A stretch of DNA of 64,000 nucleotides, taken from contig CM059433.1 in assembly GCA_030390025.1 (NCBI GenBank), positions 15,502,001 to 15,566,000 on the forward strand, read 5' to 3'. The DNA is from Squalus acanthias. Lineage: Eukaryota. Positions 49,393 through 62,482 of this stretch are shown here, in pieces. Position 1 is the stretch's first letter. Each line of letters begins with the position of its first letter. The translations under genes were made by a program, and so were the position numbers. The notes below the pieces were generated by a model that did no database searches, had not been told where the DNA came from, and saw only the letters and a list, made by a program, of their open reading frames with translations.

Positions 49393-51282
49393 ATGACTGC
49401 ACTGAGACAGAGGGCTACACCCAGGCCCTCCAATGACTCCCTCCATTAGCTTGTGGAGGGAGTGAGAGCATGCAGGGAGGTCCTCTTCCCTTCCAATGGG
49501 CGGAAGAGACCTCCCCAGGAGACAAAATGAGCCTGACTCCAAATAGCAGAGGAGGTCAACAGCAGGGATGTGGTCAGGAGGACCTGGGTGCATTGCTTCA
49601 AACATTTCAATGATCTCATTAGATCAGGAAAGGTGAGTACAAAGCCACACTCAACTTCATCCTGCTGTGCCTCTCATCACATCCCCATCACTCTGCCTTC
49701 CCAACCCTGCTCCTGCACATCCTTACCCCACACCAACTTACCTTGCACCTCCACCCATCACTCTCTCTCTATCTACATTATCACATCCCCATCTCACTAG
49801 CCACCCCTCACACTCAGCCTCATCCTAGTGCAATCATACCAACTAACAACACACAAGGAGCCCACTTGGCATTGCCACCATCATAGTCACCCTCTACAGA
49901 TCACCCTCACCCTCACCCATCCATTCCTTACACTCATTTCATCACTCTCACTCAACCTTCTCTTCTTTCCCTCCTTGCAGGAAAAGAGAGCCCACAAGGA
50001 GAGGGAGAGAGCCGGCGGTGGCCCTCCATCATTAGCCACCCTAACATCCGCAGAGGAGGCTGCCTTGGAAGTCTCTGGAGTCGCCGAGCAGCTGGAGGTG
50101 GGAGTCAGAGAGAGGGGGACATCTCAGCAACATAGTGACAGAATTACATATCATACAGCTACATGGCATACATCAGTCACTCATATGGGGACTGATGTCA
50201 GCAGCCACTGAATGGTCATCATGTGCATAATGGTATCTGTACCCATTATTCATAAGACATATCTAACTCATCTCTTTACTCTCCCACAGGTCCATCAAGA
50301 GCAGCCGCCCCCCCCCCCCCCCCCACCCCACTGACCAGGAGCAAGAGGAAGACGGCTCCTCAGAGGAGCCTCCAGCCTCCGAGGGCGCACCGTCACCAGA
50401 CATAAGCGCACCCAGCAACAACACAGATACGCACACCTCGGTGGGTCCTACGCGACATAGAGTAGTGTTGTAATCTGGTGTTTCACAACTCACAAGTGAG
50501 CAAGAGCAGATGGTGGAGACAGGGACAGTAGTGGAGAGTCCTTGCTGGAGGGTGCAGGAGACTCCCAGCTCTGCTTAGCTGCATGCAGACGCTGAGCCTC
50601 AGGGGCCATCCAGAAAGAGGGTGTTCCTGGAGGTGCAGCAAGAAATGCAGGGGGCTCTGACAGGTTTTGCGACCACGATGTCTGCAAATGTCCAGAGAAT
50701 GGGAGTCCATCTCCAACATGAGCACCACCGTGTCACAGGCGATGGCGACTGTAGGCTCTTCCATGGATAGGATGGCCACCTGCATGGAGCAGCTAATGCA
50801 CCACTCACAGGAGCACATGGTCTCTATTCAGAATTGATGGCTGAGGCTCATAGATGTCCTCTCTAGGAGGGATGTCAACATAGAATTGGGTCCTTATGAC
50901 CCACTGCTGTGCAGCAAGGTGCTCTCCAGCTCCTTGAATCATAGAATCATACAATGGTTACAGCACGGAAGGCGGCCATTTGGCCCATTGAGCCCGTGCC
51001 GGCTCTCAGCTAGTCCCACGCCCCTGCCCTTTCCCTGTAGCCCTGCAAATCAGTCAGAGCCCCAGATGCCTCCTCAGATCGCGATGGCCGAGTCTGCCCC
51101 TGCATAGTCACAGGAGGAGCAGACTTTGGCGGGGCCATCACAGGCTCCAAAACCCAGAGGATGTCCGCCAAAAGTGTCTATGCAGTCGCAGCAGGGAAGT
51201 GAGCAGGCTGCCTCTACCTCTGCTGAAGCCACAGGGGTAGCACCTCGTAGAAGCACGCGTAAGAGAAAGATGACACAAGTAG
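49393..51282 (+). pseudogene. Harbinger Myb/SANT-like DNA-binding protein gene, spliced (exon 1 49393-49632, exon 2 from 49981, exon 3 from ~50290), with stops
   Basis: MTALRQRATPRPSNDSLH*LVEGV...REVLFP...A*LQIAEEVNS...RTWVHCFKHFNDLIRSGK|gtgagt; ttgcag|EKRAH..ER.GGGPPSLATLTSAEEAALE. The 3' end is approximate. Confidence 0.75.
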
Positions 51283-51572
51283 ATTCACAAAGGTAATCAC
51301 TTAGGTGTTTTATTAAATGTTCTGTAGAGTTTCCGTTACTGTGATGTCACAGATAAAAATCTTTATTTTCACCACAAATGGACAAATTTGTGTGCACCTT
51401 TGGAAGTGGCTTAGTGAGTTGGAGTGAATGGTGAGACAGAACGTTACCTCCAGCAATGGTGGTCAGTGTGAAAGGAATGGTTTAGTCATTGTAGGGATGC
51501 TTTATGGTGTTGCTGTGGGGTGGAGCCAACCTGGCGCAGCATGTGCCGGCCGTTTGGGTGTACTGTGTAAAG

Positions 51573-52772
51573 TTAAGTAAATCTGGCCATGATGAGCCCA
51601 TCCCTGGCTTCCTGGGCAACGTACCTGGGTGCTCGTGGGATCTGGACTGCAGGTTCCTCCTGCTCCTCCTCCTCCTCCTCTAAAAAGGCTGTGCGCTCAG
51701 TGCCTTGTTCCTCATGCAGCGCTAATCCTCGCAGCTGCGCTTTGTTGTGCAGGGCACAGCAGACCATGTCGATTCTGGAGACCCTGGCTGGTGTGTACTG
51801 AAGGGCTCCTCCAGATCTGTCAAGGCATCTGAAGCACATTTTCAGCATGCCTATTGTCCGCTCTATGACACATCTGGTGGAAATATGGCTTTCATTATAT
51901 CTCTCCTCAGCCTCAGTACTTGGCCTCCTCAAGGGTGTCATGAGCCATGTCTTCAGTTGATAGCCCTTGTCTCCAAGCAGCCAGCCAAAAAGTCTGTTTG
52001 GAGGAGCAAAGTGCTGAGGGAGGGTGGACTGGCGCAGGACGAAAGAGTCAGGACAGCTGCCAGAGAATTTGACACACACATGCATGATGATCTTCCTATG
52101 GTTGTAGAAAAGCTGCACATTGAGGGAGTGGAAGCCGTTGCGGTTGACAAAGACACCTGGGTAATGATGGGGTGCCCTGATGGCCACCTGTGTGCAGTCG
52201 ATGACACCCTACACCCGTGGGAAGCCAGCCAGAGGGGCAAAGCCGAGCGCCCGCTCAGTAACACTGGCTTCATCAGTGGCAAAGTTGATATAATTGGTTG
52301 ACTTGTCAAACATGGCATCGGTGACCTGTGAGATGCATTTGTGGGTGGCTGACAGCGAGATGCCGCAAATGTCTGCTGCAGATCCCTGGAAGGAGCCAGA
52401 GGCGAAGAAGTTGAGGGCGCTGGTAACTTTGACAGCCACTGGTAAGGCATGTCCACCCTCTCCTCTGGGTTGCAAGTCTTGCTCCAGCAATGTGCAAGTG
52501 TCTGCAATGAACTAGCGCGATAGCCTGAGCCGCCTTTGGCACTGCTGCTCCGTCATGTTGAGGAAGCTCATCCTCTACCTGTATACCCTGTATCACCTCT
52601 GGCGGGGTTCAGCCTTGCACTGACGCCCTCTGTCCTGTGCAGCATCAGGTGGTTGAGGAGAAGATTGGTGGTGTTTTTGTTGGTTCTGCTGGTGTGCCTG
52701 GTGCTGCTGGTGTTGGGGCTCATCGTGGTTGGATTCTGAGGACCAAGGTGAGACAGTATAAATGGCACCCAT
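51573..52772 (-). pseudogene. Harbinger DDE transposase (HARBI1-like, DDE_Tnp_4), 400 codons in one frame with in-frame stops
   Basis: [70 protein letters not shown]. Confidence 0.92.
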
Positions 52773-54996
52773 GCTTATGGAATAGATGGCAGGTCTAAAT
52801 AGAGATGACAGAAGCAATCTATCAATGGTGTGACTATGAGGTGACAGTGGATGTCGACATTGCTGGAAACACTTGCAACCCCTTGAAAACTAAATCTGTG
52901 CTGAAAATGCAGCCAGCAACAGCATCTGCCTTAGGAAAGTGATCAACTGTGAGGTGGGGAGTTTTTAAATTGTACTTTTCATGCTGTGCAGTAATTAGCT
53001 GGATCAATGGCCACTCAACTTCTGCCTTAGGTTCACAGACGTGGTTCCCGAGCTGCGTGATTCCTGTGTTCATCCAGGGAAATTTGAAAGATAGGGTGTA
53101 AAAGACTCTTAAGGGTCTGACAAGCACCTCAATGATTTAAATTAGCTCGCCTGCCTCTGCCTTTCGGGTTGCTAACACGCCCGAGGGAAAGACACGTGGG
53201 AGCAGGATAATGGCAGGTTCCCGACCCGCTACAAGATATTTCAAATTTCCCACCCGACCCGCCTCCAATCGCGCCCACACGGACCCCAGAAAATTCCGGC
53301 CAATGTCTTATCAGCCTTAGATCACTGACCTACAATCGAACAGCTTACAGTAAATAGTCAAAAGATCAATGATCAGCTAAAGGTTCTGACCTGATTAAAA
53401 TTTCAAGGTGATAAAGATAATTCACAGCTTGATCAAGACAAACCCTTCAATGTTGCAAGGGTTCAAATACCAGGAAATACAAGGTAAAAAAGTTGGAAGC
53501 ATTCCAAATTAAAGGTTCAAAGGAAAGTCAGGTAGAACGCTCTCCTCCAAAAAGCCATAGACTCGTTGAATAAGTTACCAGGGAAGTCCACTGAAGCAGA
53601 TAGCATAAATGGTTCGAGAGACAACTAGTTGCCTTTCTGGAGAGAAATAGATTGAGGGCTGTGGTGAGAAGGTAGTAGGGGACTGATCTTACAGAAAGTG
53701 ATCAGCTTACAGGACCTAATAACCTTTTCCTGTTCCTGTGTTTTTCATTCCTTTCCCAGATGTAGTTGTCATACTAAAATCCAGTTCAGTTAATACAGAA
53801 ATTCAATCCATATCATCAGTTCCAATATTACGACTTCACAGTATTAGAAGAAAGACGTGCATAAAGCGGAGGGGAAACAAAAAGAGAAATGCAGTGAAAT
53901 TGAATGAACAGGTATATTCAAATATAGAAAATGCGAGCACTATTGTAACTTAGAGCCAGTGAATAGTGTTTATTCACACTCAAAGAATTAGATCCAAGGT
54001 CGTTTAACTGTGGCCACCACCCCCGCACCTCGCCCAACCTTTTATATCCGGTTAAGCAAACAAAGCCCTTGAAATATTCACAATGTAAAACAAGAACAAT
54101 GTGGGTACGAGTAAGTATTTAACACACGAGAACTTGTATGGTAACATTTAAGAAAAAATGTATTTCAATAATTAGGCATTTGAGAATACCAATGAAAATA
54201 GTTTGCTGCACTGCCAACAATGCATATGATGAATGCTGAGGCTATAATGAGGCATCCAGTGAGTGTAATTACTGCCAGTTAATGCTTGACTATTTAGTAG
54301 TTGCTCAAATCTAAAATTGTAAGTGATCGCAATGGTAGAGCTGAAAATTAATAACCTGCTCTACAGCTCATTTTACTGTTGACTTTCACCATTTTTAAAG
54401 AAAATTTGTTAAAGTTGAAGACAACTGTAGTAATAACAATTTATAATCTCCTGTTTTCATTTAACCTAAATAAAGAAAAGGAAGACTTGTATTTATATAG
54501 CGTCCCTCACGACCACCTGATGTGCCAATGAAGTACTTTTTGAAGTGTAGTCACTGTTGTAATGTAGCCTAGTTGTTGCCCTGCTGGACTTTTACTTGTA
54601 GATAGTTCAACATAGGAAAAACAAATAATGGAATGATGAGAGGCAAATAATTTAAGGCCACAACTATTGTAAATACTATTGTGACTATGTGCAGGCATGA
54701 AGTTTTTTAATTAAAAAAGCTTCGGAATTAAAGGGCCGTAGTTCTAACGTATATATGGTTTGTATTGTGCAAGTGCGGGGAGCGGCGGGGGGGGGGGGGG
54801 TACAGTTCCAGGAATATTGTAGAGGGAAAATCTTGGACTACTGGGGCAGGTCTCAGGATCCATCAGCATGGAGGTAGTGCTGGGATCATGGAACACTGGG
54901 GGTGTAGTGTAGGGTTTTATGAGCAATGACAGGGGGTCTTGGAGTCCATCAAGCCTGAGGAGGTGATCTTGGGTAATTGGGGTCTGGAGTCTGGGG

Positions 54997-55729
54997 GGGG
55001 GAGAAATTCCCCTAGAGGGCCGTTTGGGGCGCTAAGTGAAAAATGTTTGGCAAGTTAGCGTCAGGCGCTAACCTTTTCAGACATTTGTTAAATTCCCTCT
55101 TTTTGCTCCAAGAGGGAAGTGGCACACTAAATCAAGCGTTCCACTTGCCTCTTGGAGTGCAAGAGGCGGGGAATGTCCCGATCCGGTGCGATGTGCTCAG
55201 CCGTGCCGCGTTGCAGGGGCTCTTCCCTGCATTAAAGGGAAGGGCCACACGCTGCGAGCTCTGCAGGTTTCATTGTAGATTTCTGGGCCGCCGGGGAATG
55301 GGAGTGCCGCGCAATCACTCAAGCAGAGTACCGGGCTGAGCGATCGCGACACAGACGCCGCAACCGGAGGCCGAAAATAATTTTTTTTTTTAAATCAGCA
55401 TTTTTTTTTTGGCCATCCGGCCGCCCACCACACCTTTAAATGGCACCCTGCGAGCGGCCGGCCTCACTGTTCGCGACCCCTGCAGCAGTCGGTAACATCG
55501 CCCGGCGCTGCTGCGGGGCGCGAGGAGGAATTTTTCTCCCAAGGTGCTACGCCTTGTCATGATCTCCGGGCACAGAAGATCGGGGCGATACCTGGTTGCG
55601 CCGCCGCTAACCTCCCGTGGAATTCCGTGGGAGGCGCAGTTATCACCTCGCAGGGGGGGGGGTGGGGAAGCCACTTGCGTCCCGTTAGCGCCTCCCACCG
55701 GAGGCGCTAACGAGGGGAATTTCACCCCC
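54997..55729. mobile_element. GC-rich MITE, ~733 bp
   Basis: TIRs gggggagaaattcccct / aggggaatttcaccccc; subterminal hairpin cgttagcgcctccc-acc-ggaggcgctaacg. Confidence 0.75.
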
Positions 55730-58390
55730 TAGGAGTATTGAGAGTTACTGGGACCTGGCAGCTTGCACTGGAGCAGGGTTTAATGGCATTGCGGGGAGCA
55801 GGACCCATTAGAATGGGCTCAAGCTGCAGTTGGCCCCTTTCAAACCAGCTGGCTTCAACTTTTCGCCATGTTCTTACCGATTAGCCTCCCCCTCTCCCAA
55901 TCCATCCACATTCACTTGTGCTGCCAGGTATCCCCACCACCACTTTACCCACCACCAGCCCATTTCTGTCTATATGTTCTTATCTTAAATCATTTAAACA
56001 TCATTTGTTTGCTGTTTAAAGTTAATGGATGGAAAACCCACAGGTTGGAGATGCAGATTCAGAACACGCACTCCCAGCATTTATCAGGAGCACAAAAGTG
56101 GAAAATCTAGTGTACTGATTTCGCTGACTTATACAGTTTTTACGAAAGATAAATTTCCATCAACAAACAAAACTTCTCTCACAGAACACTCAAAGGTTCA
56201 TCGTTTATACCAAGTTTTTAAAAAATTCCATAAGCCTCAAAAATGACAGAGAATTTTTTTAACTGAATTTTCAACAGCAATACGTTCTCTGTAAACAATC
56301 TCTGACTTCTTTTCTAATCATCATCAAAGAAACTGCAATAAGAGGTGAATAATTCCACAGGCCTTTTTAATACATTTACATGAATGTTCGACTTGCCTGA
56401 AAGAAAAGCTTTGACAATTCAATCTTCAGTTGCACTCAAAATCTTTTGGAGGAAATAAAAATGCTCATATCCTCACAGGGTGAAGAGACACACCCTTCTA
56501 CCATTCAACTTCTGGTGGTGCAGATTACAAGCTGGGAAATTCTGCAAACTGCACGAGCACCAATGTGGTTAGAAGTTCTGTGCAACTTTCCTGAAGTAAA
56601 ATTTCCAGTTTAAGCTCAGGCTTTTCAAATCAAAACTTTAAGGAAGGCACTAAAAGACAATTCAATAGATAAATTTAATCATGTTATTGTGAAATAAGCT
56701 ATTTAAAGTCTTATTTTTGATATATAAATTTCAGTTACTGACAAGAAAATGGCAGAGATTTTTTTAACAAAAACACTTTGAGTCAATTAGTTCATCAACA
56801 AACAGTCACAGGCAACTGTTTATATAGAAAATTCTGATTATAAATATCTACATCGGCAATTTCGAATGTTAAATTATGAGAAAGACTTGCATTTATATAG
56901 CGCCTTTCACAACCTCAGGGCGTCCCAAAGGGCTTTACAGCCAATGAAGGTAATCACTGCTGTAATGTAGGAACAGGAAATAAGGTTTTTGAACAGGAAA
57001 GGCCTGCATATGTAAGATTTTTTAACAAGATATAGGCATGGGTGCCCAGAACTCAGCAAATCATTGGCAGTGTAACAGCATTAAAGACACTCTCCTTTAT
57101 CACTTATGGAGATGGCTTAAGATGTGCTGCTTCTGAAGCCAGGCAGTATTAATACAAATTGATCTCTGGAAAAGAGAAGCACAATGTTATGCCCTTGATG
57201 AGTTTGTTAACTGCCAAGAAGGTGGATGCCTCATGGGAAATGTTACACACTTCAGAATGATGTGCCAGGTGGCAGGTGGAAGGGCACTTTTGATATCCCT
57301 TCAAAGCCAATGGTGAATCTAATGGAAAAAATTTCAGCATTTATGCCAAATCACCCCACACATTAAGAAATGTTAGGAACAACAGCAGCCCATTAGGCCC
57401 AACATACTTGTCTATTTTTATATAGGTTAATCCGCCCCTGCCTTCTGAGCATATCTTTCCCTTCTGAGAAGTACATCGAATTGTTTCTTCACCTCATGTA
57501 TACTGTCCATTTCAATGACCTTCCCTGGTATCTTAATAATTACACAAAAATTTCCACAAGCAGAAATATTTTTCTGTTGACGGGAAACAAGATACTTGAT
57601 TGGATTTCAACAGCATTACCGACCATTACCATCTTAACTAATGGAAGTAAGCCATTTAACTGGGCAAGTTTTTCCCCATTCTGGATGTGCAGAATACAGA
57701 CAAAAATAGCATCCACTGTAGACTCATGGTGGAAACATAAATCCTTTGCTTTGGTTTAATGTGTCATTGCGGAACAACTCCTAAATTTACAGGGCGTGAT
57801 CTTGAGGAATAAACCCTACTTCTTGATTTACCACTCCCTCTATCCTACTTTTCTTTTAAACTATTTTAAACAATTTTCAACTTGCATCAAATGTAATAGT
57901 GAATAGATTTACAGCTTGCAGACAGTTTTTTTTTTAAAAGGAATCGGTAAATGAAAACTAACTTCCTCAGTTAGTCATACACTTGAATGAGTGGCCTGAG
58001 CAGGAATAGGTGCTGCAGTGATACCGCATCCCAGGTCATCCCAAAATTCCCGCTGCCAGTAATTAAAATAATGAAGTCACTTGCAGAGAGAGATCCATAT
58101 TTCCTTGGTCCAAATTATATTGTGAAAAATACAACACATTTTGAAGAAATGGCATACTCAAGCAGCAGGGTATATTTCTTTGTGAACCATGTGATCTACG
58201 AAGACATCTAAACTTTGTCCTGAGAAAGTTATTCTGTAGCAGTGGAATCATCACTTACATATGCAATTCTCTGGGATTCTGTCATAACACATTAATGCTG
58301 TCCAGGTTCTTTGAAACAGAGAACATGCAAAGCTTATTTAGCTCTTAGATGAACATACTATTTTTCATGTACAATGATACTTCATGCAAG

Positions 58391-58745
58391 TGTCAGTTTG
58401 GCTCACTGGTAGCACTCTCACTTTTGAGTGAGAGGTTTGTGAGTTCGAGCCCTACTCCTGGACCTGAGCACATAACCTATGCTGACACTTCAGTGCAGTA
58501 TTGATGGAGTGCTACATTGTTGGAAGTGCTGTCTTTCAGATCAAATGTTAAATGGAGGCTTTGTTCAACTGGATGTAAAAAAAAATCCCATGGCACTATT
58601 CAAAGAAGTGTAGGGGAGTGGTCCTGGCCAACATTTATCCCTCAACCGAAAACAGATTAACTAATCATTTATCTCATTGTTATTTGTGGGAACTTGCTGT
58701 GCAGAAATTGGCTTTGCAGATCTTTGGGACATCCTGAAGGCATGA
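58391..58745 (+). mobile_element. Deu-domain tRNA-derived SINE
   Basis: tRNA-like A/B box head (ggctcactggtagc...gttcgagccc) followed by the Deu-type body. Confidence 0.8.
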
Positions 58746-58805
58746 AAGATCCATATGAAAGTTCTAAAACCATTTCAATGCACAAGTGCCAGTGTGTGTC
58801 AGGAA

Positions 58806-60421
58806 TGTAGAATTCGCAAAATTATCGCGATTTTATAAAATAAGAAGGAGACATATAGTTTCGTACAAACAGCTTTATTTCAGCAGAATGCTGTCAGGTT
58901 TTCAAAGTGGACACAAGCAGCCTGTAAAATGGCCGCCACGCCTCGTGGCAGAACGTTCTAGACTTTTCAATGAGCAGACAAGATGGCGTTCCAATAAACA
59001 TTTGTGCGAGATCGTACAAGACTCAGCACATTTGAGATAATTGACAAGACATAATGGGTTTGCATTTTATACATAAATACTGGAATCGGTCTCCCAGGTG
59101 CGAATAAGGGCTATTGTACCGAGCGATCAAGAACCTATCCAAAGACATTAATATGCAAAATCCCCACGACTCTACGATGAGAGAGCCGTTTGCGGGTAGT
59201 TGCAGAAAACATTTGGAAGCCCCAAAACCCCTCCAGGGAGAATACGGGCCGGTTCCACAATGGGAGAAGTATTAACGGGTACTTAGACAGTTACAAGTAT
59301 CACCGAAACCCATTAAAAACGGAGATCACCCTATACAAGAAGTTTGAGCGCCAAAACCCTGACAAAAGAAAGACATTAAGATTGGGCGGGAAAAGAGGAA
59401 TTACAGCACTATAACTGTAAGGTACAACCGTCCATCTGTCTCTTGACTCTTGATCTTGACTCTTGACTGCTGTCTCTGCCTCTTGCTGCTCGACTTGCTG
59501 GAAGACTATTGAACTTTCTGATCCGCCAGGATCAACCTCGTGGCTTGCCGCGAAGATCTGTGTAGAACTGGGCTGTGAAGCCTTGAAACGGGCACACCAT
59601 CCCGAGAAGTCGGTAAACGGTGTTGGAACCGAAGGCCCAAGATGAGATGAGATGAGATGAGATGAGAAGAAGACGACAATACGTATCGCCATGGTCAGTA
59701 AGCCCCGACCGCGCCTGTAAGTCGAATAAACACTTCCTTGCCCAGGAAGACCATTCTTTGAGTTTTACAAACTGGTGAGGGCACAGGAAGACTATTTTTT
59801 GAGTCGTGTCGGAACTCCGAGGACAACACAGATCTTCATGACAGCAGACGGTCCAGCCTGCTAGCCGGAGCAGAAACGAGTAAACAAGTGGGGTACAGAG
59901 ACCCCTGATTAACACGTGGGTGGTCAGGTGCTGCGGTAAAAACATCCGAGCAGAGTTTTCGGAATTCTCCGAGTTATCACGAGTGGTGAGCATGAGTCTC
60001 GGTCCTACAAATCTAGTTTAGGACAGGTATTGATAGGGGAGGGTTTAAGTTTTAAGGATAATTGTAATGTGTGTCCCCTTTTACGATGTGTCATGCGCTC
60101 CTCGTTTCCCTAAGATTAGTTACATAACTGCATGTAAGATTGTACTGTCATTAATCTGTGCTTATGACATGTATTTCGTAATCTTGAATAATATGCAATA
60201 AAGATTTTCCATTTCGCACTATTCAACCGGTTCTACCTGAGTTTTTTCTGCATTATTGCTCTCGCACCTAAGTCCAGTGTCAGAACCGTAAGGGCGAGTG
60301 GGTCGAACCACTCACAGGGGTCTAGTTTTACCAGGCTGGCTGGAGACCAGAACAGGCAACAAGGCCTAACCTCGCACTAGCACCCAGGCTAAGCACAGAG
60401 CCACAGGTCTCACCCCTTACA
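58806..60421 (+). mobile_element. Solo LTR, 1616 bp, 4-bp TSD GGAA
   Basis: ggaa|TGTAG ... TTACA|ggaa; AATAAA at 60197; internal (gatga)n and ctcttga repeats; no coding sequence recognised. Confidence 0.72.
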
Positions 60422-61009
60422 GGAAAGCTTTAGTCAGTGAGCTTCAAGAGGTTTACAGCTTTGTATACAGTACGTTGCATTTTCTTCCTTTGAGAGTTTG
60501 GACTTTTTTTTTAAATCTGTCCAGTGCTTTCTTTTCAAAACATGCTACAGTTAAACCTAGCTAGATTTTTTTCCTCAATTCATTGCTCTCTGGTTCCATT
60601 TGTGGAATGTAAGAACACAAATATTTAAAATGTTTTAAAAACTGCAAACTCTACCATTGAAGTACATCAGTTGCTGGGCCATAAGCATAGTTCAAACATA
60701 CAAATTACGCACAGTGTTACAAACAGCCTGCATTACTAAATCCCTTCCCATGACATACGAGTGCACAGTAGACAGGCCACACTACAAAAGTGATTTAGCT
60801 GTTCCCAGTTGTGAAACCTTATTCTAATAAATATATAATTTTTTCCAGTATTCTACTTAGTTATTCTTCCTTCCCCAGTGAATATACATCAAATATAAAA
60901 GTGAGTTCCTCACAATGACTGGCAAAGATGTAAAAAAAAGTCATTTATTAATCAATTAGACAGAATAAAAGTGTGTGCTTCGGTGGTTCAGTAGAACTCT
61001 CACCGAAGG

Positions 61010-61410
61010 TGTCAGCTCCGTGGTAGCGCTCTCACTTCAGAGTCAGTAGGTCCTGGGTTCACTTCAGAGACTTGAGCACCAAATCTCGACTAACACTTCA
61101 GTGCAGTACTGAGGAAGTGCCATCTTTTGGATGAGATGCTGAACAGAGGCCCCGTCTGCCCTCTCAGGTGGATGTAAAAGATCCCTTGGTACTATTTGAA
61201 GAAGAGCAGAGGAGTTCTCCTGGTGTCCTGACCAATATTTATCCCTCAACCAACATCATTAAAACAGATTATCTGGCCTTTTTCTCTCGTTGCTGTTTGT
61301 GGGACCTCGCTATGTACAAATTGGCTGCCGTGTTTTCCTACATTCCAACAGTGACTACATATCAACAGTACATAATTGTCTGTAAAATGCACTCTATAAA
61401 TGCAAGCTCA
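61010..61410 (+). mobile_element. Deu-domain tRNA-derived SINE, near full length
   Basis: Head gtggtagcgctctcac...ggttcac; Deu body gtgccatcttttggatgaga...gaggccccgtctgccctctc...aaaagatccc; tail tataaatgcaag. Confidence 0.85.
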
Positions 61411-62482
61411 TTTTCGATAATAATTAATTATTAACAATGCTTTCCATATGGAGCGTTAATCATACATGAGGCAAAAACTGACTGAATCTGCTGCTTCACA
61501 TTTAAGCTTAATGGTGAGATGGCAGCGCTTGCAGTGTAATTAATAGTTGCAATTTTTTCCCTGTTCAGTGACCCTGAATTTGTGGTCCTAGTTTGTGAAT
61601 TATGGAACTAAAAAGATATCAATGTCGTTTTTGTGCAAATTGTTAAAAACTTTATATTTCATTTTTTTTTACATTTCGATTGGATGCCATAAAAAATGCG
61701 AAAGACAGAAAACACTAATTACACAATTGGGGGAGAAATGTGTAGCCAATTATTACAAAATGAGCAAAGGTGGATAACTTGCTGCATATATTCTCTGCCA
61801 ATACCTCATTAAAAAGTTGTACAAGCGCAGCCTCGGGTGGCTCAGTCTCTAATTGGTTTCTTCGATTCTTCCTTCCCTCTGTTTGAGGTCACTTTCCGAT
61901 GGGCTGTCTTGAAACCACAAATCTCCCATCTGGGGAAATATTGGCGAGAACCTAACGGCTCGCATCCGATTACTTTAATGTGCTGCGCTACCCTCCCTTT
62001 CTCCCCCATGACAAATCATTTATTTTGCACATTTCAAAACCTTTTCCTCAACAGAAGAATTTTTTAAAAAAGAGAGAGAAATAAGAAGCAAATACATCAT
62101 AATTGTGTTTGTTCTTCACTTTTCTCCTGCTTTTGGTTTGAGCATGGCGAGCAACACTGGGGTGCGTGACTGTATACCAACATATCTGGCTACATCCCCT
62201 GTTAGGAAACTAATTAGACAGACTTCCTGCTCCAGTTTTCTCAAGGCTCTTACAACTGTTTACACTTTGAAGCACATGTTGAAAATAAAGATTTACAGAA
62301 CTTATTTAATGATCCCATTGGCTCATATTCAGCAATAAAATGGGTCAGATGTATGCCAAAACATGTACCATCATCACATTGGAAACTCATTTTCCCATCA
62401 TCAGCAAGTCTATGTGTGCCAGTATATGGAAGAGATTCTAACTACAATCTGGAATGAACTACATCAAGAAATTATACTTGTA

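Larger units (their letters stand above)
49108..53301. mobile_element. Full-length (4.2 kb) non-functional Harbinger/PIF transposon, AAT TSD
   Basis: aat|ggcgagacttttc ... gaaaattccggcc|aat; subterminal gcgggtcggg / cccgacccgc repeats; convergent Myb-like (+) and transposase (-) genes. Confidence 0.9.

Noticed and set aside
51573..52772. Host HARBI1 gene
   Set aside because: Multiple in-frame stops, and it lies inside TIRs/TSD with a partner Myb gene, so it is a transposon copy.
58391..58470. tRNA gene (also at ~61010, ~39480, ~14700)
   Set aside because: These are degenerate tRNA-like heads that continue directly into SINE bodies.
59440..59670. (ctcttga)n and (gatga)n as a functional array
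   Set aside because: Short simple repeats inside the solo LTR.
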